Made by a program: the position numbers and the translations under genes
The notes under the pieces: generated by a model
The model's input: only the letters and a program-made list of their open reading frames with translations
The model's database searches: none
What the model was told of the DNA's origin: nothing
In this document: positions 8,800 through 17,320 of the stretch, piece by piece
Layout of the letters: each line of letters begins with the position of its first letter
Position numbering within the stretch: position 1 is the first letter of the stretch
Assembly (NCBI GenBank): GCA_963705955.1
Contig: CAVPLH010000009.1
Span: 20,893 to 84,892, forward strand
Direction of reading: 5' to 3'
Length of the DNA stretch: 64,000 nucleotides
Origin: an uncultured Solirubrobacterales bacterium
GTDB lineage: Bacteria > Actinomycetota > Thermoleophilia > Solirubrobacterales > 70-9

Positions 8800-9960
8800 T
8801 CAGTCGAGCCGCTCGACGACCATCGCCTCGCCCTGCCCGCCGGCGACGCACATCGTCTCCAGCCCGACGGCGTGGTCGTCCGTCTCCATCACGTTCAGAA
8901 GCGTGGTCATGATCCGTGCACCGGTCATCCCGAACGGGTGGCCGAGCGCGATCGCGCCGCCGTGCGTGTTCAGCTTCTCGAGCGGGATCTCGCACTCCGC
9001 CATGATCGGGATCACCTGCGCGGCGAATGCCTCGTTGAGCTCGACGACGTCGATGTCGCCGATCGTCATCCGCGTGCGGTCGAGGACCTTCTTGATCGCG
9101 CCGATCGGGGCGACGCCCATGTACTCGGGCTCGTTCCCCCAGGTCGCCGCGCTGAGGATCCGCGCCTTCGGGGCGAGCCCGAGCTCGGCGGCCTTCGTGT
9201 CCGACATCACCAGGACCGCGGCGGCGCCGTCGTTGAGCGGGCACGAGTTGCCGGCGGTGACCCCACCGCCGCCGAACGCCTCGTCGAGCTGCGAGAGCTT
9301 CTCGAGCGTCGATGACGCCCGCGGTCCGTCGTCCCTCGCGACCTCGTTGCCGTCCTGGTCGGTCACGGGGACGATCTCGCGGTCGAAGAAGCCGTCCTCC
9401 TGCGAGGCGACCGCGAGCTCCTGCGAGCGCTGCGCGTACTTGTCCATCTCGGCCCGGCTGACCTCGTAGCGCTTCGCGACGTTGACCGCGGTCAGTCCCA
9501 TGTCGATGTAGGCGTTGGGCTGCCCGTTCTCACCGAGCAGGTGCTCGTTGCGATCGGCGACCCCGGCGGGCTCGGTGCGCTCGTTGTAGCGGCTCACCCA
9601 CTCGACTCCGGCGGCGACGTAGGCGTCGCCCTCGCCCGCCTTGATCGCGTTCGCCGCGTGGCGGATCGCGTCGAGGCTGGAGGCGCAGTAGCGCGACATC
9701 GTCACCCCGTTGACCGTCTGCGGCAGCCGCTCGGAGAGCAGGACGATGATCCGCGCGATGTTGAACGCCTGCAGGCCCTGCGGCATGCCGCAACCGCAAA
9801 AGACGTCCTCGATCGTCTCCGGCGAGACGTCGGGGTTGCGCTCGAGCAGCCTGTCGACGACGTAGGCGGCGGTCTCCTCGGGGCGCATCTGAGCGAGAGA
9901 GCCCTTGAACGCGCGCCCGATCGGGCTTCTGGCGGCGTCGACGATCACGGCTTCGGGCAT
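8800..9960 (-). CDS. acetyl-CoA C-acyltransferase (thiolase I/II, FadA-like)
   Basis: 386-aa ORF. Motifs: SRYCASSLDA (nucleophile Cys), NEAFAAQ, HGGAIALGHPFGMTGAR, CVAGGQG. Confidence 0.93.
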   Translation of the reverse strand: MPEAVIVDAARSPIGRAFKGSLAQMRPEETAAYVVDRLLERNPDVSPETIEDVFCGCGMPQGLQAFNIARIIVLLSERLPQTVNGVTMSRYCASSLDAIRHAANAIKAGEGDAYVAAGVEWVSRYNERTEPAGVADRNEHLLGENGQPNAYIDMGLTAVNVAKRYEVSRAEMDKYAQRSQELAVASQEDGFFDREIVPVTDQDGNEVARDDGPRASSTLEKLSQLDEAFGGGGVTAGNSCPLNDGAAAVLVMSDTKAAELGLAPKARILSAATWGNEPEYMGVAPIGAIKKVLDRTRMTIGDIDVVELNEAFAAQVIPIMAECEIPLEKLNTHGGAIALGHPFGMTGARIMTTLLNVMETDDHAVGLETMCVAGGQGEAMVVERLD

Positions 9961-10039
9961 CTTCGGTTGCTCCTTCTCGGTTCGGTCGGGCCGGGAATCC
10001 TATCCGCAACCCTGCGCATCGCGGGATACTGCGGGGACG

Positions 10040-10435
10040 ATGTCGGAGGAGAACGTCGAGCTTTACAGGCGGGGTATCGAGGCATTCAACCGGCGCGACC
10101 TCGAGGCGTTTCTCGCCTTGGCTCACCCTGACGTGATCGGGGTCTCGCGGGTCCTCGCGATCGAGGGCGGCCCGTACCAGGGTCACGACGGCGTCCGCGA
10201 CTGGTGGAATGCCCTGCTCGACGTCTTCCCCGACTTCTCGATCGAGGTTCTCTGGGTGCGCGACCGCGGGCAGCTGACCGTGGCCGGCCTCTGCAATCGG
10301 GCCCATGGCGAGGGAAGCGCCGCGCTCGAGGACTTCGTTTGGCAGATCGCCGAGTGGCGCGATGGACGAGTGGCGCGATGGGAGATACACGAAAGCGAGC
10401 AGGGCGCGCTGGCGGCAGCCGGGATCTCGGAGTAG
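10040..10435 (+). CDS. SnoaL-like / NTF2-fold protein
   Basis: In-frame ATG at 10040 within ORF 9905..10435. MSEENVELYRRGIEAFNRRDLEAFLALAHPDV... is typical of the SnoaL_2/NTF2-like family. The upstream part of the ORF overlaps the thiolase start region. Confidence 0.7.
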   Translation: MSEENVELYRRGIEAFNRRDLEAFLALAHPDVIGVSRVLAIEGGPYQGHDGVRDWWNALLDVFPDFSIEVLWVRDRGQLTVAGLCNRAHGEGSAALEDFVWQIAEWRDGRVARWEIHESEQGALAAAGISE

Positions 10436-10532
10436 GCGACGTCGCAGAGGACGTCGCGCGTGCGCACGCCGGCGGGTCCGGCAGGGACGAGTCGTCGGCG
10501 CCTGACCGCGCCGGGATGGTATTGATGTTGCG

Positions 10533-10892
10533 GTGAGCGACGAGCCACCGACCGAGACCGAGCTCGAGCCGCCGCGGGCCGCCGAGCTGATCGACGACGG
10601 CGCCGAGCTGATCGACGTCCGCCGGCCACTCGAGTGGGAGGGCGGAAGGCTTTCCGGGGCGCGAAACATCGAGATGAACGAGCTCACGGAGGCGGCCTCG
10701 ACGATTCCGCGCGACCGGCCGGTCATCTTCTACTGCCGCAGCGGCGATCGCTCCCAGATGGCGGCCCAGGCGTTCCGCGAGGCCGGGTACGACGCCTACA
10801 ACCTGGCGGGCGGGATCACCGCGTGGGCGGCGGGCGAGCGGGCACTCGAACCGGAGGACGGCGAGGTCGTCCAACCTCCCCCGCCATCCTGA
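10533..10892 (+). CDS. rhodanese-like sulfurtransferase domain protein
   Basis: 119-aa ORF with GTG start. Active-site loop FYCRSGDRS, followed by NLAGGITAW. Confidence 0.85.
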   Translation: MSDEPPTETELEPPRAAELIDDGAELIDVRRPLEWEGGRLSGARNIEMNELTEAASTIPRDRPVIFYCRSGDRSQMAAQAFREAGYDAYNLAGGITAWAAGERALEPEDGEVVQPPPPS

Positions 10893-11048
10893 CCGTAGGC
10901 GTAGGATCGCGGCCGTGGAATCCGGACCGACACCGCCCGGCGCCGGCGCCCCCGGCCCCGTGACACCGCGGGGCGGTCCGGGCGCGCCTCAGCCGCCCGC
11001 CGCGCCCCCGCCGCGAAGCGGCCCGCGGACGCGGCCACGCCCGGACCG

Positions 11049-11498
11049 GTGCCGGCTGCGAAGCGGGAGCCGGTCGAGGAGCGGATCGACGGGCTGCGCG
11101 CCTGGATCGCGCAGCTCGACCGTCGGCTCGGGATCCGCACCTGGGTCGGCGCCGTCGCCCTCGTGCTCGCGCTCGCGGCCGGGATCGTCGGCGTCGTCCT
11201 CGCGATCGACGCCAGGGACGAGAGCGCGACCAAGGCCGACGCGCGGGCCCTCAGCGAGCAGATCGACGCGGTCCAGAAGCAGGCCTCGTCGACGGCGCAG
11301 CGCACCGTCGCGCAGCTCAATGAGCGCGTCGATGCACTCGAGCAGCGGATGAACACGATCGCCTCCGGCCAGCGGACCTCAGACAGCAAGCTGAGCGTGG
11401 TCGAGGACGACATCAACGAGCTCCGTTCGCAGATCGCCGCGCTCGAGCGGACCGCGAACTCGGGCGGATCCTCGCTCGGCGGCGGCGGGAAACCGTAA
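11049..11498 (+). CDS. membrane-anchored coiled-coil protein, unknown function
   Basis: 149-aa ORF. One TM segment (WVGAVALVLALAAGIVGVVLAI) followed by heptad-like helices and a Gly-rich tail. Start uncertain. Confidence 0.6.
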   Translation: MPAAKREPVEERIDGLRAWIAQLDRRLGIRTWVGAVALVLALAAGIVGVVLAIDARDESATKADARALSEQIDAVQKQASSTAQRTVAQLNERVDALEQRMNTIASGQRTSDSKLSVVEDDINELRSQIAALERTANSGGSSLGGGGKP

Positions 11499-11613
11499 CG
11501 GCCGAGCCGGGCGGGTCAGCCTGGATTTGTAACAATCGTCATATGTTTCGTGCCTGGGCGTCCGACCGCTGGTCTACGGTCGCGCGAACGTCGCCCTGAA
11601 AGGAGAGGCTCAG

Positions 11614-11763
11614 ATGCCCGAGGGTTACTGCGTGAAGGAACGGAAGAAGGTCGAGATCAGGGACCCACAGCAGGTCACGATGAAGAACGGCCGCCCCGCA
11701 ATCCAGGGGTTCTGCCCGGACTGCGGCACGAAGATCTTCAAGATCGGCAAGCTGGAGGCCTAA
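11614..11763 (+). CDS. small zinc-ribbon protein (DUF5679-like), 49 aa
   Basis: Not in the ORF track (too short). AAAGGAGAG RBS 6 nt upstream of the ATG. Own translation: MPEGYCVKERKKVEIRDPQQVTMKNGRPAIQGFCPDCGTKIFKIGKLEA*, with a C-x-K...NGR...C-P-D-C-G pattern. The tracked ORF 11550..11804 in another frame looks non-coding. Confidence 0.7.
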   Translation: MPEGYCVKERKKVEIRDPQQVTMKNGRPAIQGFCPDCGTKIFKIGKLEA

Positions 11764-12086
11764 TCCCGTATAGACAAGCGGTTTCAGCCGCCGTGCGCCA
11801 GTAGTGCGCCAGGCGGTGTGCCAGTCGGAACCGCGCCAGCCGCGCGAGCGGCCTCATGGGCTCGCTCCTGCTGGGCGTCGAGGTAGGCGTTCAGCAGGCT
11901 CGCGGCCTCGTCCTCTGAACCCGGCATCAGGTCTGCCAGCGGTCAAATCGGCGATCTCTGACCTTGACTTTGCCCCTCTCGGCGTGCGACGCTCGGACCT
12001 CATCAGGTGGTCGATCGACTCGACGACCGGCCCGGGAACGGACTTGCCGCCGCGTTTGCCTCCGCCCTAACAGGAAGGAGAACGCA

Positions 12087-12278
12087 ATGGAGTTCCTCTG
12101 GGTACTTCTCGGAATTCTCTACTTCGTATTGATGGTCACGCTGGGGGTCATGACCTTCAGGGGTGGGCATTACTGGCTATTCGGCCTCGGGATCTTCTTC
12201 CCGGTGCTCTGGGTGATCGGTGCGATCATCGCGCCGACCGAAGGCAGCACGCGCGCTGTGGCCGCATCGAGCGCGTAG
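12087..12278 (+). CDS. small two-TM membrane protein, 63 aa
   Basis: In-frame ATG at 12087 preceded by GGAAGGAG. MEFLWVLLGILYFVLMVTLGVMTFRGGHYWLFGLGIFFPVLWVIGAIIAP... Confidence 0.6.
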   Translation: MEFLWVLLGILYFVLMVTLGVMTFRGGHYWLFGLGIFFPVLWVIGAIIAPTEGSTRAVAASSA

Positions 12279-12455
12279 CCAAGAAGCAAGCTTCATCGCC
12301 CATAGGTTGATCGGGCCGCCACGCTCGAGGGCTGATCACCCTTCAGTCGCGATCGGGCCGCGACCCCGGATCAGACGGCCGCTCAGCCCGAATTGCGGCG
12401 GCCGGCGTAAGTATGTGCCGACTGCGGCAATCGGTGGAAGAATGGGCGGCAGCGA

Positions 12456-12887
12456 ATGGAGTCCGCACGATCGCAGAAGCCGCTCGAGTTGATCCTTGCT
12501 CGAAACCTGTTGACGAGCATCTCGACGCCCGGCTTTTTGCTCGACAGTGACGCGGCGCTGGTCTTCTACAACGAGGCGGCAGCGGCGCTGCTCGGGCGCA
12601 CGTTCGAAGAGGCCGGACGGATGGACGCCGAACAATGGACGACAGCCTTCGGGCCGTTCGCCGACGACGGGGAGCCGATCGCCGTCGACGGGCTCGCGAC
12701 GACGGAGGCGATTCGGGCCGGGCGTCCGGCCCATGCGTTGTTCACGATTCGCTCCGCCAACGGGTCGCGCCACTCGATCGAGGCGAGCGCATTCCCGATC
12801 GTCACCTCCGACAAGGGTTCCTCCGGAGCGATGATCCTCTTCTGGCCGCTCGGCTCGCGGAGCGCGAACGGGATCACGGCGCAGTGA
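12456..12887 (+). CDS. PAS domain protein
   Basis: 143-aa ORF. The pattern LLDSDAALVFYNEAAAALLGRTFEEA...FPIV... is PAS-like. It lies 7 nt upstream of the MBL gene. Confidence 0.65.
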   Translation: MESARSQKPLELILARNLLTSISTPGFLLDSDAALVFYNEAAAALLGRTFEEAGRMDAEQWTTAFGPFADDGEPIAVDGLATTEAIRAGRPAHALFTIRSANGSRHSIEASAFPIVTSDKGSSGAMILFWPLGSRSANGITAQ

Positions 12888-12894
12888 GCCGGCG

Positions 12895-13767
12895 ATGCGG
12901 ATAAAGGTCTGGGGAGCCCGCGGCTCGGTGCCGGCGCCGGGGCCGCACATGAATCGCTACGGAGGCAACACCTCCTGCGCTCAGCTGACCCTCGCCGGAG
13001 GCGAGGATCTGATCCTCGACGCCGGTACCGGGATCCGAAACCTCGGGCTCGAGCTCACCGGGCGCAAGCGGATCCACATCCTGCTCACCCACCTGCACCT
13101 CGACCACATCCAGGGACTGATGTTCTTCCCGCCGTGCTTCAGGTCCGAGGTCGAGATCACGATCTGGGGCCCGGCCTCGCCGGAGGCCTCGCTCGAGGAC
13201 CGAATCGCCCGCTACATCTCCGCGCCGCTGTCGCCGGTGGAGGTCCGCGAGCTGCCATGCTCGGTCGCCTTCCGCGACGCACCGCCGAGCGAGTGGGACC
13301 TCGGGGGAGCGCGAATCCGAGCCGAGGCGGTCACGCACCGGGGGCCGACGCTGGGCTACCGGATCACCGACGGCGATACGACCGTCGCCTATATCCCCGA
13401 CCACGAGCCGGCGCTCGGTGCGACGCTCTCCGAGCTCGAGCCGGACTGGATCTCGGGCTTCGACCTCGCCCGCGACGCCGACCTGCTGATGCACGATGCC
13501 CAGTACACCGACGATGAGTACCCGGAGCACGTCGGCTGGGGGCACTCCGGGCTCTCGGACACGCTCACCTTCGCCGAGCGGGTCCGGGCACGCCGGCTGC
13601 TGCTCTTTCACCACGATCCGCTGCACGCCGACGAGTTCCTCGACGGCGTCCACGCGACCGCGCGCAGCGCCTGGCAGAGCCGCGGCCGTGACGCGACCGA
13701 GGTCGAGATGGCGACCGAGGGCGCCGAGCTCGAGGTCGAGGCCGGCGTCACCGCCGTGCACGCCTGA
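12895..13767 (+). CDS. MBL-fold metallo-hydrolase
   Basis: 290-aa ORF. HxHxDH motif (LLTHLHLDHIQG), and later HD..Y and FHHDP motifs. Confidence 0.85.
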   Translation: MRIKVWGARGSVPAPGPHMNRYGGNTSCAQLTLAGGEDLILDAGTGIRNLGLELTGRKRIHILLTHLHLDHIQGLMFFPPCFRSEVEITIWGPASPEASLEDRIARYISAPLSPVEVRELPCSVAFRDAPPSEWDLGGARIRAEAVTHRGPTLGYRITDGDTTVAYIPDHEPALGATLSELEPDWISGFDLARDADLLMHDAQYTDDEYPEHVGWGHSGLSDTLTFAERVRARRLLLFHHDPLHADEFLDGVHATARSAWQSRGRDATEVEMATEGAELEVEAGVTAVHA

Positions 13768-13920
13768 TCGCGCCGCTTTCGAACGGCCGTACAAGGCCGG
13801 TGCCCGAACTTTCGACAGCGGGATAACGAACTCCGCGGGCCGCGGGCCTACCTTCGGCGTGATTCGGTCGAAGGCAACGCCGGGCGGCGACGCCCGGTGG
13901 GCAAGGAGCGTGGAATCGCA

Positions 13921-15459
13921 ATGAGACGAAGGTACGCGGTCGGGGGGCTGCTGATCGCGGTCGCAGCTGTGCTGCTCGCGGTCCCGGGCTCGGCACTCGC
14001 CGACGCCACGGACCTCGAGCGGGCGATCGCGGGGAAGCTCGACCCCTCGGTCGGGGTCAACACGATGTGGGTGATCATCGCGGGGGCGCTGGTGATGTTC
14101 ATGCAGGCGGGGTTCGCCTTCCTGGAGATCGGCTTCTCGCGAGGCAAGAACGCGGGCACCGTGGTCGCGAAGATCCTCTCGAACTTCTCGATCGCGGCCG
14201 TCGGCTGGTGGGTGTGCGGATTCGCGTTCGCCTTCGGCGGGCCGCTCGGCAGCTTCATCGGCCACGACGGGGGCTTCTTCTTCTCCGACCTCGGGGCGTA
14301 CACAGCGATGCAGGGCGGTACGCAGGTATTCCATCCGAGCTTTCCCGTGATGGACCTCTCCAACGCGACGATCGAATCGAAGTTCTTCTTTCAGTTCGTC
14401 TTCTGCGCCGTGTCGCTGGCGATCGTCTGGGGAACGACGCTGGAGCGGATCAAGTTCGGCGTCTACGTCATCTACGCGATCGTGTTCAGCACGATCATCT
14501 ATCCGATCGGCGCCCACTGGGTGTTCGGTGGCGGCTTCCTGCAGGTCGGTGACTGGCTCGGCACGGGGATCGTCGGGATGCAGGACTTCGCCGGATCGAC
14601 GGCCGTCCACCTGATCGGGGCGACCGGCGCGCTCGCCGCGCTGTTGCTGCTCGGCCCCCGCAAGGGCAAGTACGGCTCCGACGGCAAGCCGCGGGCGATT
14701 CCAGGGCACAGCATGCCCTTGTTCGGCCTCGGGGTGCTGATCCTCTGGCTTGGCTGGTTCGGGTTCAACCCGGGCTCGACTCTGAACGCCCTCGACGGGC
14801 GCTTTGCGGAGATCCTGATCATCACCAACCTCGCGGCCGCCTTCGGCGTGATCGCCGCGGTGGTGACGGCGAGGCTGAAGACGGGGACGATCGACATCGG
14901 GATGGCCGGCAACGGCGCGATCGCGGCACTGGTCGCGATCACGGCTCCCTCCGGCTACGTCGAGCTCTGGGCGGCGCCGATCATCGGGGCGGTCGCGGGA
15001 GTCATCGTCGTGCTCGGCGTCTACGCGATCGACAAGTACATCGACGACCCGGTCGGGGCGCTCTCGGCGCACGGGCTCGCGGGGATCTGGGGGACGATCT
15101 CTTGCGGGATCTTCACCGCTCCCCGCCTCGCCCAGTACAACGGGTTCGGTGACCCGAACGGCGGCCTCTGGTACAGCGGCTCGTTCGACCAGCTGATCGC
15201 CCAGGTGGTCGGCTTCGCGATCGCGTTCACGTTCGTGTTCGCGATGAGCTTCTCCACCTTCTGGGCGATCAAGAAGGTCTACGGCCTTCGCGTCACCGAG
15301 GAGGAGGAGGACGCCGGACTCGACATATCCGAGCACGGCATGTACGGATATCCGGAGCAGTTCATCCCGCAACCCGAATATCCGGGCGCGGCGACCGCCC
15401 CGGCTCCGATTCCGGCTACGGTGTCCGCGGTGACGGCCGAGCAGCCATCCGAGGCCTAG
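13921..15459 (+). CDS. amt: ammonium transporter
   Basis: Amt/MEP signatures: FMQAGFAFLE, DFAGSTAVH, WLGWFGFNPGS, DDPVGALSAHG. ATG at 13921 sits 15 nt after AAGGAG. The track starts 8 codons earlier, at GTG 13897. Confidence 0.93.
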   Translation: MRRRYAVGGLLIAVAAVLLAVPGSALADATDLERAIAGKLDPSVGVNTMWVIIAGALVMFMQAGFAFLEIGFSRGKNAGTVVAKILSNFSIAAVGWWVCGFAFAFGGPLGSFIGHDGGFFFSDLGAYTAMQGGTQVFHPSFPVMDLSNATIESKFFFQFVFCAVSLAIVWGTTLERIKFGVYVIYAIVFSTIIYPIGAHWVFGGGFLQVGDWLGTGIVGMQDFAGSTAVHLIGATGALAALLLLGPRKGKYGSDGKPRAIPGHSMPLFGLGVLILWLGWFGFNPGSTLNALDGRFAEILIITNLAAAFGVIAAVVTARLKTGTIDIGMAGNGAIAALVAITAPSGYVELWAAPIIGAVAGVIVVLGVYAIDKYIDDPVGALSAHGLAGIWGTISCGIFTAPRLAQYNGFGDPNGGLWYSGSFDQLIAQVVGFAIAFTFVFAMSFSTFWAIKKVYGLRVTEEEEDAGLDISEHGMYGYPEQFIPQPEYPGAATAPAPIPATVSAVTAEQPSEA

Positions 15460-15476
15460 AGGAAGGGGCTGGACAG

Positions 15477-15845
15477 ATGAAGAAGATCGAGGCGTTCATC
15501 CGCCACGAGGCGTTCGAGCCGATCCGGACCGAGCTGCTCGAGAGGGGATTCCCCTCCCTGTCGATCAGCGAGGTGAAGGGATCCGGACGCCAGAAGGGGA
15601 TCGTCGAGACCTACCGCGGCTCGAGCCTGACCGTCAACGTGCGGCCGAAGCTCAAGGTGGAATGCGTGGTCGACGACAAGGACAAGTCGATCGTCGTCGA
15701 GACGATCCTCAGACACGCGCGGACCGGGAACGTCGGCGACGGGAAGATCTTCGTGATCCCCGTCGAGGAGGCGATCCGGATTCGCACCGGCGAGGAGGGC
15801 GAGACCGTCCTCCAGTCACACACCGACACGGAAGTTCCCGCGTGA
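15477..15845 (+). CDS. glnK: P-II nitrogen regulatory protein
   Basis: MKKIEAFIRHEAFEPI..., T-loop GRQKGIVETYRGS, and GDGKIFV. Lies immediately downstream of amt. Confidence 0.93.
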   Translation: MKKIEAFIRHEAFEPIRTELLERGFPSLSISEVKGSGRQKGIVETYRGSSLTVNVRPKLKVECVVDDKDKSIVVETILRHARTGNVGDGKIFVIPVEEAIRIRTGEEGETVLQSHTDTEVPA

Positions 15846-15856
15846 GCTGATCTGAC

Positions 15857-15895
15857 GGGCGGCGAGCTCGGCGGGCGACGCCGGGCTCGCCGCCC
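15857..15895. terminator. GC-rich hairpin between convergent glnK and the coiled-coil gene
   Basis: Perfect 11-bp inverted repeat GGGCGGCGAGC (15857-67) / GCTCGCCGCCC (15885-95). No clear U-tract. Confidence 0.45.
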
Positions 15896-15908
15896 TCGTG
15901 CGGCCGCC

Positions 15909-17213
15909 TCAGATCGCCGAGAGCGCCTCGCGGCGGGCCTGCTCGGCGGCGGTTTGGGCCGCTTCCTCGGACTCGCGGCGGCCCCTGTCGGCGAGCTCGG
16001 CGCGGCGCCGCTCTGCGTCGCGGCGGGACTCCTCCTCGGCGGCGCGGGCGCGGCGCTCCACCTCGCGCTCGAGCCTCGCCTCGACCGTCCTGAGGCGCTT
16101 CTCGGCCTCGTTTCGAGCGTTCTCGGAGGCCTGCTCCCGAACCTGCTCCTGGGCATCCCGCAACCTCCGCTCGGCCTCTGACCGCGCACGCTCGGCGGCC
16201 TGCGCGCGTGCCTGCTCGCCGGCGGAGAGCGCCTCGCGCTCGAGCTCGGCGGCCTGCTCGCGCACGCGTCGCTCGACCTCGCGCCGTGCTCGCCGGGCGG
16301 CCTCGCGCGCCAGCCGCTCGACCAGCGAGTCGAAGCGGCGCCCGGTTCGCTCGGCGGTCTGCTCGGCGCGCGCCCGCAGCTGCTTCTCGTTCTGCACCTT
16401 GAGGTCGGCCTGGCGGGCCGCCATCTCGACGCTCCTGTGGGCCTGGGCAACCCGGCGCTCGGCGGCGGCAAGCTCCTCCGAGAGCTCCTCGCGCACCTGC
16501 TCGCGGGCCTCGACCAGCGCCTCGCTACGCGCCTCGTCGATCGCCGCCCGGGTCCGCTCCGCAGCTCGCTCGTCGATCCGAAGCGCCGCGATCCGCAGCT
16601 TCTCCTGGGCGCGGCGCCTGAGCCGGTCGCGCGCCTCTTCGATCTGTCGGCGAGCCTCGTCGCGGGCCCGTTCGGCCTCGGCGGCGCTTCGCTCGCGCTC
16701 GGCGTCGGCCCGCTCGCGGGCGAGATCCGCGGCGGCGATCGCCGCCAGGCTGCGTGACTCGACCTCACCGTCGGCGGCCTTGCGGGCGCGCTCGATCTCA
16801 TCGGCGGCGTGCTCGGCGGCCGCCTCGATCGCCGCCGCAGCGCGGATCTCGGCGCGCGCGAGCCGCAGCTCGGCGTCGCGAGCGGTGTCGAGCGCCGCCG
16901 CGAGGCGCAGCTCGGCACCGGCCCGCGCGGAGTCGGCGCCGGTTGCTCGGCGCTCGCTCTCGGCCGCGACCCGCCGCGCCTCGCGGAGCTCGGCGCTCAG
17001 CCGCCGTACCTCTGCCGCCAGACCGGCGAGCGCCTCGCTTCGCAGCTCGTCGATCGCCGTCCCGACCCCACCGCTCGCGGCGCCCGCCGCGGCGGCGAGC
17101 TGCCCGGCCGCGGGCGACTCGATCGCGTCCGGAACCGGTCGGTGCCCCGGTGCCGGCTCGACTTCGTCGCCGGCGATCTCGGTCTCACCACTCGGTTCGG
17201 CTCGCTCGCCCAA
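15909..17213 (-). CDS. Ala/Glu/Arg-rich low-complexity coiled-coil protein, unknown function
   Basis: 434-aa ORF with TTG start and GGAGGAG 13 nt upstream. Of the overlapping open frames here, this is the only one with a helical charged-repeat composition and GC3-rich codons. Confidence 0.55.
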   Translation of the reverse strand: MGERAEPSGETEIAGDEVEPAPGHRPVPDAIESPAAGQLAAAAGAASGGVGTAIDELRSEALAGLAAEVRRLSAELREARRVAAESERRATGADSARAGAELRLAAALDTARDAELRLARAEIRAAAAIEAAAEHAADEIERARKAADGEVESRSLAAIAAADLARERADAERERSAAEAERARDEARRQIEEARDRLRRRAQEKLRIAALRIDERAAERTRAAIDEARSEALVEAREQVREELSEELAAAERRVAQAHRSVEMAARQADLKVQNEKQLRARAEQTAERTGRRFDSLVERLAREAARRARREVERRVREQAAELEREALSAGEQARAQAAERARSEAERRLRDAQEQVREQASENARNEAEKRLRTVEARLEREVERRARAAEEESRRDAERRRAELADRGRRESEEAAQTAAEQARREALSAI

Positions 17214-17320
17214 ATCGAACCCGGTCTCCTCCGCTGTTCAGCCACCGGATCGATGCGATCGGGGCTCGGTCCGCGCGAGCGTATCGCACGATCCCGCCCG
17301 CCTCTCGCCCGGCTCGGGGG

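Noticed and set aside
7418-9469. 683-aa plus ORF and 443-aa minus ORF (7455..8786)
   Set aside because: They overlap the Tat-protein, sulfotransferase and thiolase genes in wrong frames or strands. No motifs, Arg/Pro-rich.
11784-12070. Small ORFs in the AT-richer pocket (47-aa minus ORF 11784..11927; plus ORFs 11804..12070 and 11550..11804)
   Set aside because: No RBS, no recognisable motif, and compositions that look non-coding. The 11550..11804 frame is superseded by the zinc-ribbon gene in another frame.
12874-15372. 832-aa minus-strand ORF
   Set aside because: Antisense to the MBL hydrolase and amt genes, both with clear family motifs. Arg/Asp/Pro-rich with no recognisable domain.
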